Origin: Pseudomonadota bacterium
GTDB lineage: Bacteria > Pseudomonadota > Alphaproteobacteria > Rickettsiales > UBA6187
Length of the DNA: 64,000 bases
Direction: 5' to 3'
NCBI GenBank assembly: GCA_027620075.1
Contig: JAQCEY010000008.1
Location: 32,504-96,503 of the forward strand
Both the position numbers and the translations under genes were made by a program. Positions 1-9,860 of this stretch are shown here, one piece after another. The notes beneath the pieces are model-generated. The model was not told where the DNA came from and did not search any database. It saw only the letters and a list, made by a program, of their open reading frames with translations. Within the stretch, counting starts at the first letter, position 1. Every line of letters starts with the position of its first letter.

Positions 1-2
1 AA

Positions 3-551
3 CTTCCCGGTCTTGGCAAAAGATCTGCAAGGCGTGCCGTATTACATCTTGTTCAGAACAAAGAATCTCTAATGATTCCCTTGGCTGATTCTATAGCGAG
101 TGCCGCCGATTCAATAAAAATCTGCGATGAATGCGGAAATGTCGATAGCTCCAACCCATGCCACATATGCACAGACCCCAAAAGGCAAAATGATAATATA
201 TGTGTAGTAGAAGAGGTTTCAGACCTTTGGGCAATTGAACGCAGCAATATGTATCGCGGGACTTACCACGTTCTGGGAGGAACATTATCAGCGATAGACG
301 GTCGTGGACCTGCGGACTTGAACATTGAGAAACTTATCATAAAAGCTTCAAATGACGATATAAACGAAATCATTTTAGCGACAAACGCAACTGTTGAGGG
401 GCAAACTACGGCTCATTATATAACCGAGCGTTTAAAACATCTGAACATACAAATAACTCAAATAGCCCATGGTATTCCGATGGGCGGAGAGCTTGAATAT
501 CTTGATGACGGAACACTTGCCACGGCATTAAAAGCGCGACGCTCTTTTTGA
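3..551 (+). CDS. recR: Recombination protein RecR, 5' end cut by window edge
   Basis: ORF 72..551 carries the RecR C4 zinc finger (CDECGNVDSSNPCHIC) and a Toprim-like C-terminal half. The frame stays open upstream to base 3 (LPGLGKRSARRAVLHL, the RecR HhH motif), so the start lies outside the window. Confidence 0.9.
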   Translation, partial: LPGLGKRSARRAVLHLVQNKESLMIPLADSIASAADSIKICDECGNVDSSNPCHICTDPKRQNDNICVVEEVSDLWAIERSNMYRGTYHVLGGTLSAIDGRGPADLNIEKLIIKASNDDINEIILATNATVEGQTTAHYITERLKHLNIQITQIAHGIPMGGELEYLDDGTLATALKARRSF

Positions 552-605
552 GTTTTCAGTTAATTACAAGTAATAAGTATTAGATAAACATAAAAAAAGA
601 AGAAA

Positions 606-1472
606 ATGAAAGGCATTATTTTAGCAGGAGGATCGGGAAGCAGACTAGCCCCGATAACAAGAACAATAAGCAAGCAGGTTATTCCGCTTTACGACAAGCC
701 TATGATTTTTTATCCGCTATCAACCTTAATACTGTCTGGTATAAAAGACATATTAATAATAAGTACGCCACGTGATTTACCATCAATTGTAAGATTATTG
801 GGTGACGGTTCTAAATTAGGTATATCCATATCATATAAAGAACAACCAAAACCGGAAGGCATTGCACAGGCGTTTTTAATCGGTGAAGAATTTATAAACA
901 ACTCCCCTGTGTGTCTTATTTTGGGTGATAACGTTTTTTATGGACAAGGCTTGTCTAATAAACTTAGCGAAGCTTCAAAGTTAAACAAAGGTGGGCTTGT
1001 ATTCGGCTATCACGTAAAAGACCCTGAACGCTACGGCGTTGCCGAGTTTGATAAAAATAAAAAAGTCATCTCTATTGAAGAAAAACCCAAACAACCAAAA
1101 TCAGCATGGGCAGTAACAGGCTTGTACTTTTATGACTCACAGGTCGTTCAAATAGCAAAAAACTTAAAGCCGTCAGCACGTGGCGAGCTTGAAATAACCG
1201 ATGTTAACAACGAATACCTGAAAAAAGGTCAGTTGAATGTCGAGCTATTCGGGCGAGGAATGGCATGGCTTGATACGGGTACGCCTCAATCGCTGCTAAA
1301 TGCATCAAATTTCGTCCATACCGTTGAAGAACGCCAAGGGCTAAAAATAGGCTGTATTGAAGAAGTTTCATACAGAAAGAATTTTATTGATAAAACACAG
1401 CTTATGGCTTTAGCAGGTGAATATAAAAACAATGAATACGGTGAATATTTGAACCGGTTAGCCAATGAATAA
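606..1472 (+). CDS. rfbA: Glucose-1-phosphate thymidylyltransferase (RmlA)
   Basis: 288 aa. N-terminal [18 protein letters not shown] nucleotidyltransferase signature and RmlA-like sequence along the full length. Followed by rfbD and rfbC. Confidence 0.92.
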   Translation: MKGIILAGGSGSRLAPITRTISKQVIPLYDKPMIFYPLSTLILSGIKDILIISTPRDLPSIVRLLGDGSKLGISISYKEQPKPEGIAQAFLIGEEFINNSPVCLILGDNVFYGQGLSNKLSEASKLNKGGLVFGYHVKDPERYGVAEFDKNKKVISIEEKPKQPKSAWAVTGLYFYDSQVVQIAKNLKPSARGELEITDVNNEYLKKGQLNVELFGRGMAWLDTGTPQSLLNASNFVHTVEERQGLKIGCIEEVSYRKNFIDKTQLMALAGEYKNNEYGEYLNRLANE

Positions 1473-2379
1473 AAAATATATAATCATCGGAAAAAACGGA
1501 CAAGTAGGCTCTAATCTTGTCCGGCTTTTGGGAAATAACGCAATCTCATATTCACACAGCGATTGTGACTTTAAAAACCTAACGCAAGTAACTAATTTAT
1601 TAAAAGAAACCGACATTAAGGCAATCTTTAATGCTTGTGCCTATACAAATGTAGATGCCGCTGAAACCGAGTATGACGAAGCAATTGCCGCCAACTGTGA
1701 AATACCCGACACGCTGGCAAAATTTTGTAAGGAAAAAGACATACCGCTTGTGCATTACTCAACAGATTATGTGTATAGCGGCGATGGAACGGCTCCCAAT
1801 AAAGAGGAAGATGCCCCCTCCCCTTTGAACAAATACGGGCAAAGCAAGCTAGACGGGGAAAAACGAATAATTGCAAGCGGCTGTAAATACCTGATATTCA
1901 GAACCTCGTGGGTATATGACCTACATGGAAAGAATTTCCTTACCACCATGCTACGCCTTGCCAAAGAACGTGAGGGCCTATCTATAGTATCAGACCAAGT
2001 CGGTTCGCCGACATATGCACTAGACCTAGCGGAAAAATCTATTGAAGCATTTGAAAATGCACTAAAAAAAGATTCGTTTCCATCGGGTGTATATAATTTA
2101 TGTAATAGCGGCGAAACAAACTGGCATGAATTTGCCGAAAACATTTTTGATAATGCCAAAAAGCATGGTATTGCTTTAAAAATAAAAGAGGTAAAAAAAA
2201 TAACCGCTTGTGAATATCCGACTCCCGCAAAACGCCCTTTAAATTCAAGATTAGATTGCAGTAAGGCTAAATCTGTACTAAACACTCAAATGCCCGATTG
2301 GAAAGACAGCTTAGAAAAGTGCATGGAGAAATTAATTGAAAATACAAACAACACCGATAAAAGACCTGTTAGTTGTTGA
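1465..2379 (+). CDS. rfbD: dTDP-4-dehydrorhamnose reductase (RmlD)
   Basis: 304 aa. Rossmann start [10 protein letters not shown] and catalytic YGQSK (Y-x3-K). The start overlaps the rfbA stop (ATGAATAA). Confidence 0.88.
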   Translation: MNKKYIIIGKNGQVGSNLVRLLGNNAISYSHSDCDFKNLTQVTNLLKETDIKAIFNACAYTNVDAAETEYDEAIAANCEIPDTLAKFCKEKDIPLVHYSTDYVYSGDGTAPNKEEDAPSPLNKYGQSKLDGEKRIIASGCKYLIFRTSWVYDLHGKNFLTTMLRLAKEREGLSIVSDQVGSPTYALDLAEKSIEAFENALKKDSFPSGVYNLCNSGETNWHEFAENIFDNAKKHGIALKIKEVKKITACEYPTPAKRPLNSRLDCSKAKSVLNTQMPDWKDSLEKCMEKLIENTNNTDKRPVSC

Positions 2380-2890
2380 ACTTGACGTTCATGGTGATGA
2401 GCGTGGCTTTTTTGTGGAGCGTTTCCATTTTGAAAAATTTTCGGAACTTGGATTACCGACAATTTTTCCGCAAGACAACCACTCCCGTTCCGCCCCTAAC
2501 GTACTTCGAGGAGTTCATTACCAACACACACCTGCACAAGGCAAATTAGTCGGAGTAATAAGGGGCAGAATTTGGGACGTTGCCGTTGATATACGCCCTG
2601 AGTCTGAAACATTCGGGCAATATTTCGGCATTGAACTTGATGATATTAACGGCAAATTGCTATGGATTCCTGCCGGATTTGCACATGGCTTTTGCGTACT
2701 ATCCGATGATGTTGCAGACGTATATTATAAAGTAACGTCCGCCTATAATCCGCAAGGTGAATCGGGCATTGCATGGAACGACCCTGAATTAAGTATTGAC
2801 TGGCCGCTAAAAAATCCGATAATTTCAACAAGAGATACAAAACAACAAAGTTTTAAACAATATAAAAACAATCTTCCCGACCGGAATTAA
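2336..2890 (+). CDS. rfbC: dTDP-4-dehydrorhamnose 3,5-epimerase (RmlC)
   Basis: 184 aa cupin with DERGFF, HYQ and GFAHGF motifs. TTG start located inside the rfbD 3' end. Confidence 0.9.
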   Translation: MKIQTTPIKDLLVVELDVHGDERGFFVERFHFEKFSELGLPTIFPQDNHSRSAPNVLRGVHYQHTPAQGKLVGVIRGRIWDVAVDIRPESETFGQYFGIELDDINGKLLWIPAGFAHGFCVLSDDVADVYYKVTSAYNPQGESGIAWNDPELSIDWPLKNPIISTRDTKQQSFKQYKNNLPDRN

Positions 2891-2912
2891 CATAATAATT
2901 AATTGAATTTTA

Positions 2913-4775
2913 ATGCAAAAAGATATGACTGATACGCAGCAATCAGAGTATAGTGTTAGTGTGGTTATGCCCTCATACCATACCGGCCCTGTGATTATAC
3001 GTGCCATAAAATCAGTTCTGTCGCAAAAGTATTTGAAAGAGCTTATAATAGTTGATAACGGCAATTCGGATTATGTACGTGGAAAAATAGAGGAATATTC
3101 GCTAAAGCATGATGCGATACATATAATATCGGGACAGGGAAATATCGGCTTTGCAAGGGCGTGTAATTTAGGTGCGCATGAAGCTAAGGGGAATTATCTG
3201 CTTTTTTTAAATCCTGACTGTATATTGCCTACAAATTCATTCCAAAAAATCATAAACGAAATAGAAAAAGATGATGATGTGTGGTTGGCAGGGTGTAAGC
3301 TTGTCAACCCTAACGGCAGCGAACAAAAGGGTAATCGTCGCAACTTACTGACTTTCAAAAGCCTTGCGGCAGAATGGTTCGGTTTACACCGATTTTTGAA
3401 TATACCGAGATTCGAACTGGGTAAAACACATATATCAAACAAGAATAATTATGTACCTGCCATATCAAGTGCGTTGATGATGATATCACGGGATAAATTC
3501 AATCAAATCGGCACTATGGACAAAAGCTACTTTGTGCATATTGAAGACCTCGACCTTTGCTTTAAGGTAAACCAGATGGGAGGAAAAATAGCGTTTTTAT
3601 ATGAGCTGGAAGTAGTACGGTACGGAACTAGCGATGATATTACCAAATTAAACTTGAATAAACATCGAGCAAAAGGTCTGGCATATTATTTTAGAAAAAA
3701 TTTTAACGGGGCTTATTTTCCGGGTGCTATATTACTCATATGGATAATAATATATCTTCGCTTTTTCTTTCAGGCATCATTTTATTTGCTCAAGAAAATA
3801 AAAAATAAATTCTGTAATCCGTTCCTGACCAAAGACGAAATAAAATGCTATAAATCCTTTGTTGAAAGCTATAAGGAATTTGAAAAAGAATGCAAAGATA
3901 TACCCAAAGACTCTAAATACAATATCTCTAACCGCTCACCCGTACTAATCACCGATACGGAGTCTGAAACGGGAATATCAATTTTACGGAGATTGTTAGC
4001 TGCTAATATTGATGTGGTTGCACTATATAAAAACAATTATATAGACATATACCACCCAAAATTAGTATGGATAAAGTCCGATATAAATAATAAAAATTTG
4101 GATTTGCCAAAAAACACTACGGTGAAAACGGTGTTTTATACGTCGAATTTTGATTATATCGCACCGTTTTTAGAAAAATTTGCGGCAATAGGCACAAAAA
4201 GAATAATCATCTGCTGTCCGCTAAATGCGTCCAATAAAAAGGATATCATTGAAAAGGACATATCACGCATCTGTAGCAAAAAAGAGATAGATTATACCAT
4301 TTTAAAAACCCCGATAGTATATGGTCTGGGAGCGAATATATATTTTTCCCCGATTCATGAGTTTATTAAAAAATTCGGCAGATTTCCGGTTAAACGTTCT
4401 AATTTTAAGATATACTCGCCAATTCACGCAGATGACCTCGCTATATCAGCAATTAAGATACTAAATTTCAAAGAAACATATGGCAAGAGCTATAACCTTA
4501 TCGGAAGTGATAAGGAGTTAAGCTATAAAAAAATGATTGAAAAGATTTTCAAGTCATTAAATAAAAAGCAAAAAATAAGCAACTCACGTTTTTGGTTACT
4601 TTTTTATAAACTTTATACAAAATTTACTAACTCAAAAGATATCAATACCGATATCCGAAAATATAAGGAAGAACGCTTTATAATAAATTCCGATGAGGCA
4701 AAAAAAGATTTTGATTTTTATGCGGGCAGTTTTCTTGAGGCATCAAATAAAGATTTAGGAATAGACAAAACATGA
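2913..4775 (+). CDS. Family-2 glycosyltransferase (rhamnosyltransferase-like) fused through a membrane segment to an atypical SDR/NAD-binding-like domain
   Basis: 620 aa. N-terminus is GT2 (VSVVMPSYHTGP..IIVDNGNSD, FLNPDC, EDLDLCFK). Hydrophobic segment GAILLIWIIIYLRFFFQASFYLL. C-terminal ~270 aa resembles an epimerase/NmrA-type fold (PIVYGLG, IHADDLA, SYNLIG), but the glycine-rich motif is degenerate (LITDTESETG). Confidence 0.7.
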   Translation: MQKDMTDTQQSEYSVSVVMPSYHTGPVIIRAIKSVLSQKYLKELIIVDNGNSDYVRGKIEEYSLKHDAIHIISGQGNIGFARACNLGAHEAKGNYLLFLNPDCILPTNSFQKIINEIEKDDDVWLAGCKLVNPNGSEQKGNRRNLLTFKSLAAEWFGLHRFLNIPRFELGKTHISNKNNYVPAISSALMMISRDKFNQIGTMDKSYFVHIEDLDLCFKVNQMGGKIAFLYELEVVRYGTSDDITKLNLNKHRAKGLAYYFRKNFNGAYFPGAILLIWIIIYLRFFFQASFYLLKKIKNKFCNPFLTKDEIKCYKSFVESYKEFEKECKDIPKDSKYNISNRSPVLITDTESETGISILRRLLAANIDVVALYKNNYIDIYHPKLVWIKSDINNKNLDLPKNTTVKTVFYTSNFDYIAPFLEKFAAIGTKRIIICCPLNASNKKDIIEKDISRICSKKEIDYTILKTPIVYGLGANIYFSPIHEFIKKFGRFPVKRSNFKIYSPIHADDLAISAIKILNFKETYGKSYNLIGSDKELSYKKMIEKIFKSLNKKQKISNSRFWLLFYKLYTKFTNSKDINTDIRKYKEERFIINSDEAKKDFDFYAGSFLEASNKDLGIDKT

Positions 4776-5743
4776 CAATATTAATAACCGGTGCGGCAGG
4801 TTTTATCGGATACCACGTGGCAAAAAAACTGCTGGAACGTGGTGAAAAAATCATCGGCATTGATAACCTGAATGATTATTATGACGTAAATTTAAAAAAA
4901 GACAGGCTGGAACTTTTAAAGCAAAGCATTAATTTTGCATTTTATCACACTGATATATCAGGTGCAAACGTAATCAACGATATTGCAAGCAAGCATCGTG
5001 ACATCAATAAAGTTGTTCATTTAGCGGCACAGGCAGGAGTGCGTTATTCTCTGGAAAATCCGTTTGCATATATTAACAGTAATCTTGTCGGTCATGCGGT
5101 TATATTGGAAATGTGCCGTAATTTAGATAATTTCGAGCATCTGGTATATGCAAGCTCAAGCTCGGTTTATGGTGGAAATACCAAATTACCGTTTTCAACT
5201 AAAGATTCGGTAGACCACCCTCTTTCATTATATGCGGCAACTAAAAAAGCTGATGAATTATTAAGCCATAGCTATAGTCATTTGTATAACATACCTACAA
5301 CCGGATTGAGGTTTTTTACAGTTTACGGTTCTTGGGGCAGACCTGATATGGCAACGTTTTTATTCACAAAAGCTATATCTGAGGGAAAGCCGATAGATGT
5401 ATTTAACAACGGTGATATGCGAAGAGATTTTACATATATTGACGATATAGTAGAAGGCACTATATCGGCACTTGATAATCCGCCATCGGGCAAGCCTCCT
5501 TATAAGGTTTACAATCTTGGTAATAACACTTCTGAGAACCTTATGGACTTTATCGGAATAATAGAAGAATCACTTGATAAAAAAGCTGAAATTAACTTTA
5601 AACCGATGCATATCGGTGACGTTAAAGAGACATATGCCGACATTGAAGATACTAAAAAAGATTTAGGATTTTCTCCTAAAACCACAATCAGGCAAGGTTT
5701 ACCTAAATTTATCGAGTGGTATAAGTCTTATTATTCAAAATAG
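4772..5743 (+). CDS. NAD-dependent nucleotide-sugar epimerase, UDP-glucuronate 4-epimerase-like (CapI/WbnF group)
   Basis: 323 aa extended SDR. ITGAAGFIGYH Rossmann motif and YAATKKADE (Y-x3-K). ATGA overlap with the upstream gene. Confidence 0.8.
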   Translation: MTILITGAAGFIGYHVAKKLLERGEKIIGIDNLNDYYDVNLKKDRLELLKQSINFAFYHTDISGANVINDIASKHRDINKVVHLAAQAGVRYSLENPFAYINSNLVGHAVILEMCRNLDNFEHLVYASSSSVYGGNTKLPFSTKDSVDHPLSLYAATKKADELLSHSYSHLYNIPTTGLRFFTVYGSWGRPDMATFLFTKAISEGKPIDVFNNGDMRRDFTYIDDIVEGTISALDNPPSGKPPYKVYNLGNNTSENLMDFIGIIEESLDKKAEINFKPMHIGDVKETYADIEDTKKDLGFSPKTTIRQGLPKFIEWYKSYYSK

Positions 5744-5959
5744 ATGTTTTCATTATCCGAATTTTAATTATATTGTTATAGAAGACTCTGCAAAGGGCGG
5801 TAAAAACTCCCTCTCCCTTTGGGAGAAGGAACTAGGATTTGAACTTTACTACCTTTTGCAGAGGTTTTATAATAGAACCTGAAATAAGTTCAGCATTGCA
5901 AAAAATTATAAAAAACCAATTAATGGGATATTCCGTAAAAAATACAATTAAGGAACAAA

Positions 5960-7732
5960 ATGAAAGCACAAAAAGTCGAACAAACCCTTCCAACTTGGGA
6001 CTTATCAGCACTTTATCCGAGTAAAGAATCAGGTGAGTTAAAAAGCGATATAAAAAATGTCGAAGATAGAGCGAAGCGTTTTCAAAAAATATTTGAAGGA
6101 AAGATAAAAGGCTTAGACGGCAAAATGCTTGCATCTACAATAAGAGAATATGAGGAGATAGAAGAAACGCTGGGTCGCCTGCACAGCTTTGCTTATTTGC
6201 TTTATGCCGAGAACATATCTAGTCAGGAAAATTCCGCCTTCTACCAAAATATCTCGGAAAAAATCACGGAAATATCTTCTTTGATTTTGTTCTTTGAACT
6301 GGAGATAAATAAAATCAGCGATAAAGAGATGGATAAAAAACATTCCTCATCTTCAGAGCTTAAAAAATATCAGCCGTGGATTCGTGATGTAAGAGTTATG
6401 AAGCCTTACCAGCTATCGGACGAAGTGGAAAAAATTCTTCATGAAAAAAGCATAACAAGCCGTCAAAGCTGGCACAGGCTATTTGAAGAAACTATGGCCG
6501 ATTTAAGGTTTCCGTTTGATGACAAAAAACTGACGGCAGCAGAAGTTATGAACTTTATGTCGTCAAAAAATGAAGATGAACGAAAAAAAGCCGCCAAGTC
6601 GGTTGGAAAAACTCTTGGAGAAAACATCAAGAAATTCGCCCTGATTACTAACGTTCTGGCTAAAGATAAAGAAATAAACGATAGGTGGAGAAAATTCTCA
6701 AAACCGATATCTTCAAGGAACTTGGCAAATCTGATTGAAGACGAGGTGGCAGAGGCATTAATCAACTCGGTAAAGAAAAACTATGAGAAACTCGGACATC
6801 GTTATTATAAAATAAAAGCCGGAATGTTCGGTAAAAAACAGCTTGATTACTGGGATAGAAACGCCCCCCTTCCTGATGATAAATCTGAAAAAATATCATG
6901 GAATGACGCTGTTGAAACAGTAATAGAAGCATATTCCGATTTCTCACCCGAAATGGCAAAGATAGGTAAACGCTTTTTTGATGAGAACTGGATAGACGCA
7001 CCTGCTCGTGAGGGAAAGGACTCGGGAGCATTCTCGCACCCTACGGTTCCATCGGCACACCCTTACATATTAATGAACTTTCAGGGCAAGATACGTGATG
7101 TAATGACGCTCGCCCACGAGCTTGGACATGGCGTACACCAATATCTGGCAGCCGGACAAGGTGCTTTAATGGCAAGCACGCCTTTAACGTTAGCAGAAAC
7201 TGCATCGGTATTTGGTGAACAGCTTACCTTTAGAAAGTTACTGGAAAGACAAACAAGCGAGCAGCAAAAGAAAATCATGATAGCTAACAAAGTTGAGGAT
7301 ATGCTCAACACCGTTGTACGTCAGATAGCATTTTGTGAATTTGAACGTCAGGTTCATGACGAGAGAAAGAACGGCGAAATACCGGCGGAAAGGCTCTGCG
7401 AGATTTGGCTTGGAGTTCAAAAAGAATCACTAGGTCCTGCTATAAAATATGACGATGAATACAAGTATTTCTGGTCATACATACCGCACTTTGTACATAC
7501 TCCTTTTTATGTCTACGCATATGCATTCGGCGATTGTCTGGTCAACTCGCTATATAAAGTTTATCAGGATAAACCTGACGGATTTGTAGATAAATACATA
7601 GAAATGTTAAAAGCAGGCGGAACGCTACGCCATAAGGAATTATTAGAACCGTTCGGATTAGATGCGAGCAACCCTAAATTCTGGCAAGGCGGTCTGGATA
7701 TTATTTCAGGCTTTATTGATGAGATTGAGTAA
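5960..7732 (+). CDS. pepF: Oligoendopeptidase F family metallopeptidase (M3B)
   Basis: 590 aa. N-terminal LPTWDLSALYPS typical of the PepF family. Zinc motif LAHELGHGVHQ. Confidence 0.88.
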   Translation: MKAQKVEQTLPTWDLSALYPSKESGELKSDIKNVEDRAKRFQKIFEGKIKGLDGKMLASTIREYEEIEETLGRLHSFAYLLYAENISSQENSAFYQNISEKITEISSLILFFELEINKISDKEMDKKHSSSSELKKYQPWIRDVRVMKPYQLSDEVEKILHEKSITSRQSWHRLFEETMADLRFPFDDKKLTAAEVMNFMSSKNEDERKKAAKSVGKTLGENIKKFALITNVLAKDKEINDRWRKFSKPISSRNLANLIEDEVAEALINSVKKNYEKLGHRYYKIKAGMFGKKQLDYWDRNAPLPDDKSEKISWNDAVETVIEAYSDFSPEMAKIGKRFFDENWIDAPAREGKDSGAFSHPTVPSAHPYILMNFQGKIRDVMTLAHELGHGVHQYLAAGQGALMASTPLTLAETASVFGEQLTFRKLLERQTSEQQKKIMIANKVEDMLNTVVRQIAFCEFERQVHDERKNGEIPAERLCEIWLGVQKESLGPAIKYDDEYKYFWSYIPHFVHTPFYVYAYAFGDCLVNSLYKVYQDKPDGFVDKYIEMLKAGGTLRHKELLEPFGLDASNPKFWQGGLDIISGFIDEIE

Positions 7733-8948
7733 TTTGCCCCTGCTTTAATTCACGTATTATAAAACGAGCCGGATTGACTGCGTCAATGATTTTTTTATCA
7801 ACGGGTAACGGCTCGTTATTTATCATGCATGCTATAATTTCACCTGCAATCGGGCAGCCTGTTATTCCCCTTGAGCCAAACCCCGTTGACACATATAGCC
7901 CCTTATAGTAAGCCCCATCAGGATAATTCTTATTAACTTTACCGTGTTTTAAATCTGCATAATCTTTAAGAAACGACTCTCTGTCGGCAACCGCACCAAT
8001 CATGGGTCTTCTGTCCGGTGAAGTTGAACGCAAGGCAGTTTTTGCCCCAACTATGCGGCAAGACTCGGCATTTATAATTTTATTTAAATTACGAGTGTTT
8101 ATATCATTATCTTCAGAGGTAACATTAAGATTTAAATTCTCTTTATCGTATGTAGCTCCTATATAATTTATACCGTCAATTGTAGGTATGACATACCCAC
8201 CTTCGTAACATAGTACTTTACCGGTTCTTATCTCATCTGAAATTACATGCGTCACCTGCCCTCTTACAGGAGTAAGAGGCAGCCGGTCGGTTTGTGAAAA
8301 TTTGTTAGCATCATTAGAGTTCGCAATAACAACAACATCAGATTCGCAAATTATATTTCCGTCCTGACTGCTTACAGTCCACTTATTATTTCCTTCATAT
8401 AGACTAAGTGCTTCCGAATTAAGTATTATTTCTACATTATCTTTATATGCTTGTATATTTGAGCGACAAAAATCAACAGGACTCAACCAGCCTCCTTGTT
8501 TAATATGCAGAACACCGTCTAAGAGTTTATGACCTATAACTTCGCTTGCTTGAGCGGCTGATAATTTTTCAATCAACTCTTTATTTATTACCAGTTCTTC
8601 AATGTTTTTGTTAACCTTGTCGGAGGATAACTCAAAAACACCGCATAGGTCTGATTTTACGTTAAAATGTTTTTTAAGTTCGTTTAGATGATTAACCGTA
8701 TATAAGAATCCTGCAAGAAAGAATTTTCCTATGATATCATTTTTATGGGAAATAAGTGGACTTATTATAGCTGCCTCATTGCCTGATGCTTCGGCGGCGA
8801 GTCCGTCATTTCTTTCAATAAGTTTTACCCTCCAGCCTCTTTTTGCCATGCTATAGGCAACCGATGTACCTGCCAGACCACCGCCTATTACGGTAGCACA
8901 TAAATTTTTATATTCCACGCACGGGATATTATACCAAGGTTGCTTCAT
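7713..8948 (-). CDS. mnmC: FAD-dependent oxidoreductase, stand-alone MnmC C-terminal (DAO) domain type
   Basis: 411 aa. ATVIGGGLAGTSVAYSMAKRGWRVKLIE...EASGN resembles the oxidoreductase half of MnmC. No methyltransferase half is present. Confidence 0.65.
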   Translation of the reverse strand: MKQPWYNIPCVEYKNLCATVIGGGLAGTSVAYSMAKRGWRVKLIERNDGLAAEASGNEAAIISPLISHKNDIIGKFFLAGFLYTVNHLNELKKHFNVKSDLCGVFELSSDKVNKNIEELVINKELIEKLSAAQASEVIGHKLLDGVLHIKQGGWLSPVDFCRSNIQAYKDNVEIILNSEALSLYEGNNKWTVSSQDGNIICESDVVVIANSNDANKFSQTDRLPLTPVRGQVTHVISDEIRTGKVLCYEGGYVIPTIDGINYIGATYDKENLNLNVTSEDNDINTRNLNKIINAESCRIVGAKTALRSTSPDRRPMIGAVADRESFLKDYADLKHGKVNKNYPDGAYYKGLYVSTGFGSRGITGCPIAGEIIACMINNEPLPVDKKIIDAVNPARFIIRELKQGQITQSHQ

Positions 8949-8966
8949 TTCATGGTCAGAGCTTTA

Positions 8967-9839
8967 TTATTCTCCAAATTTTTCCTTAAAATAACCCTTT
9001 ATAAAAGTTGCCGAAGCAATATCCCTTGCCGTAAATCCGTTATTGTTCCTTATCTCTACATCGGCTCCGGCTTTAATAAGCAGCTTTACCACATCAAGGT
9101 TATGAGATATAGAAGCTCTGTGTAGCGGTGTATTGCCTTCTTTATTCTTTGCGTTAATATTAACACCTTTATTTATCAATAGCTCCACAACGTCCGGATA
9201 GCCATAATAACAAACTCTGTGTAAAGGAGTATTTCCCCTATCGTTGATTGCCTCTTTATCCGCACCGCATTTAATTAACAACTCAACAACATTTTTACAG
9301 CCGTGAGAGGCGGCTTTATGCAAAGCGGTGTTGCCGGATTTATTTCTTAAATTTACATCAACATTATAGGTAAGAAGGCATTCAAGGTTTTTAAGTCTAC
9401 CTACCTCCGCAGCAATATGAATCGGTGCATTTCCCCTTTCATTAACCGCCGTAACATCTGCACCCGAACCAATCAGGGTTTTTATAAGATTAAAATCGGC
9501 AAATTCAGACGCTATGTGCAAAGGAGTGTTGCCGCAATTATCACTAGCATTGACATCACCTCCCATTTTCAACAAATAAGATACAAACTCATATTTATTA
9601 TAACGAATAGCAACATGTAGGGCATCTGCACCCTTTTTATTAACAAAATTAATGTTCGCACCTTGGCTTATAATCTTTTCTAACTTAGCAAGCTCATTAC
9701 CTGATGCAAGATACTTATGTAACAACGCAGTCTTCTCAATTACATTGCGTCTTGATGCTTCGAGTTGTTCCTTTTTTTTCTTTTCCAGTTCTTTTTTTAT
9801 TGCCGCTTGTTGTTCTTCTTTGGTACTAGTATATATCAT
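8967..9839 (-). CDS. Ankyrin-repeat protein (about 7 ANK repeats)
   Basis: 290 aa. Reiterated G(N/D)TPLH..A......vv.lLi..GAdvn units after a Lys/Glu-rich N-terminus. Confidence 0.9.
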   Translation of the reverse strand: MIYTSTKEEQQAAIKKELEKKKKEQLEASRRNVIEKTALLHKYLASGNELAKLEKIISQGANINFVNKKGADALHVAIRYNKYEFVSYLLKMGGDVNASDNCGNTPLHIASEFADFNLIKTLIGSGADVTAVNERGNAPIHIAAEVGRLKNLECLLTYNVDVNLRNKSGNTALHKAASHGCKNVVELLIKCGADKEAINDRGNTPLHRVCYYGYPDVVELLINKGVNINAKNKEGNTPLHRASISHNLDVVKLLIKAGADVEIRNNNGFTARDIASATFIKGYFKEKFGE

Positions 9840-9860
9840 AATTTAACACCGCCTCCTGTT

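Noticed and set aside
1767-2285. 172-aa minus-strand ORF
   Set aside because: Antisense to rfbD, which has clear SDR motifs. No motif support of its own.
5786-5863. Possible tRNA (GTTCAAATCC-like string on the minus strand, 7-bp terminal pairing, ~78 nt)
   Set aside because: I could not fold a cloverleaf on either strand. The T-loop-like string is at the wrong end, there is no D arm, and no 7-nt anticodon loop with U33. The terminal pairing is 12 bp, too long for an acceptor stem.
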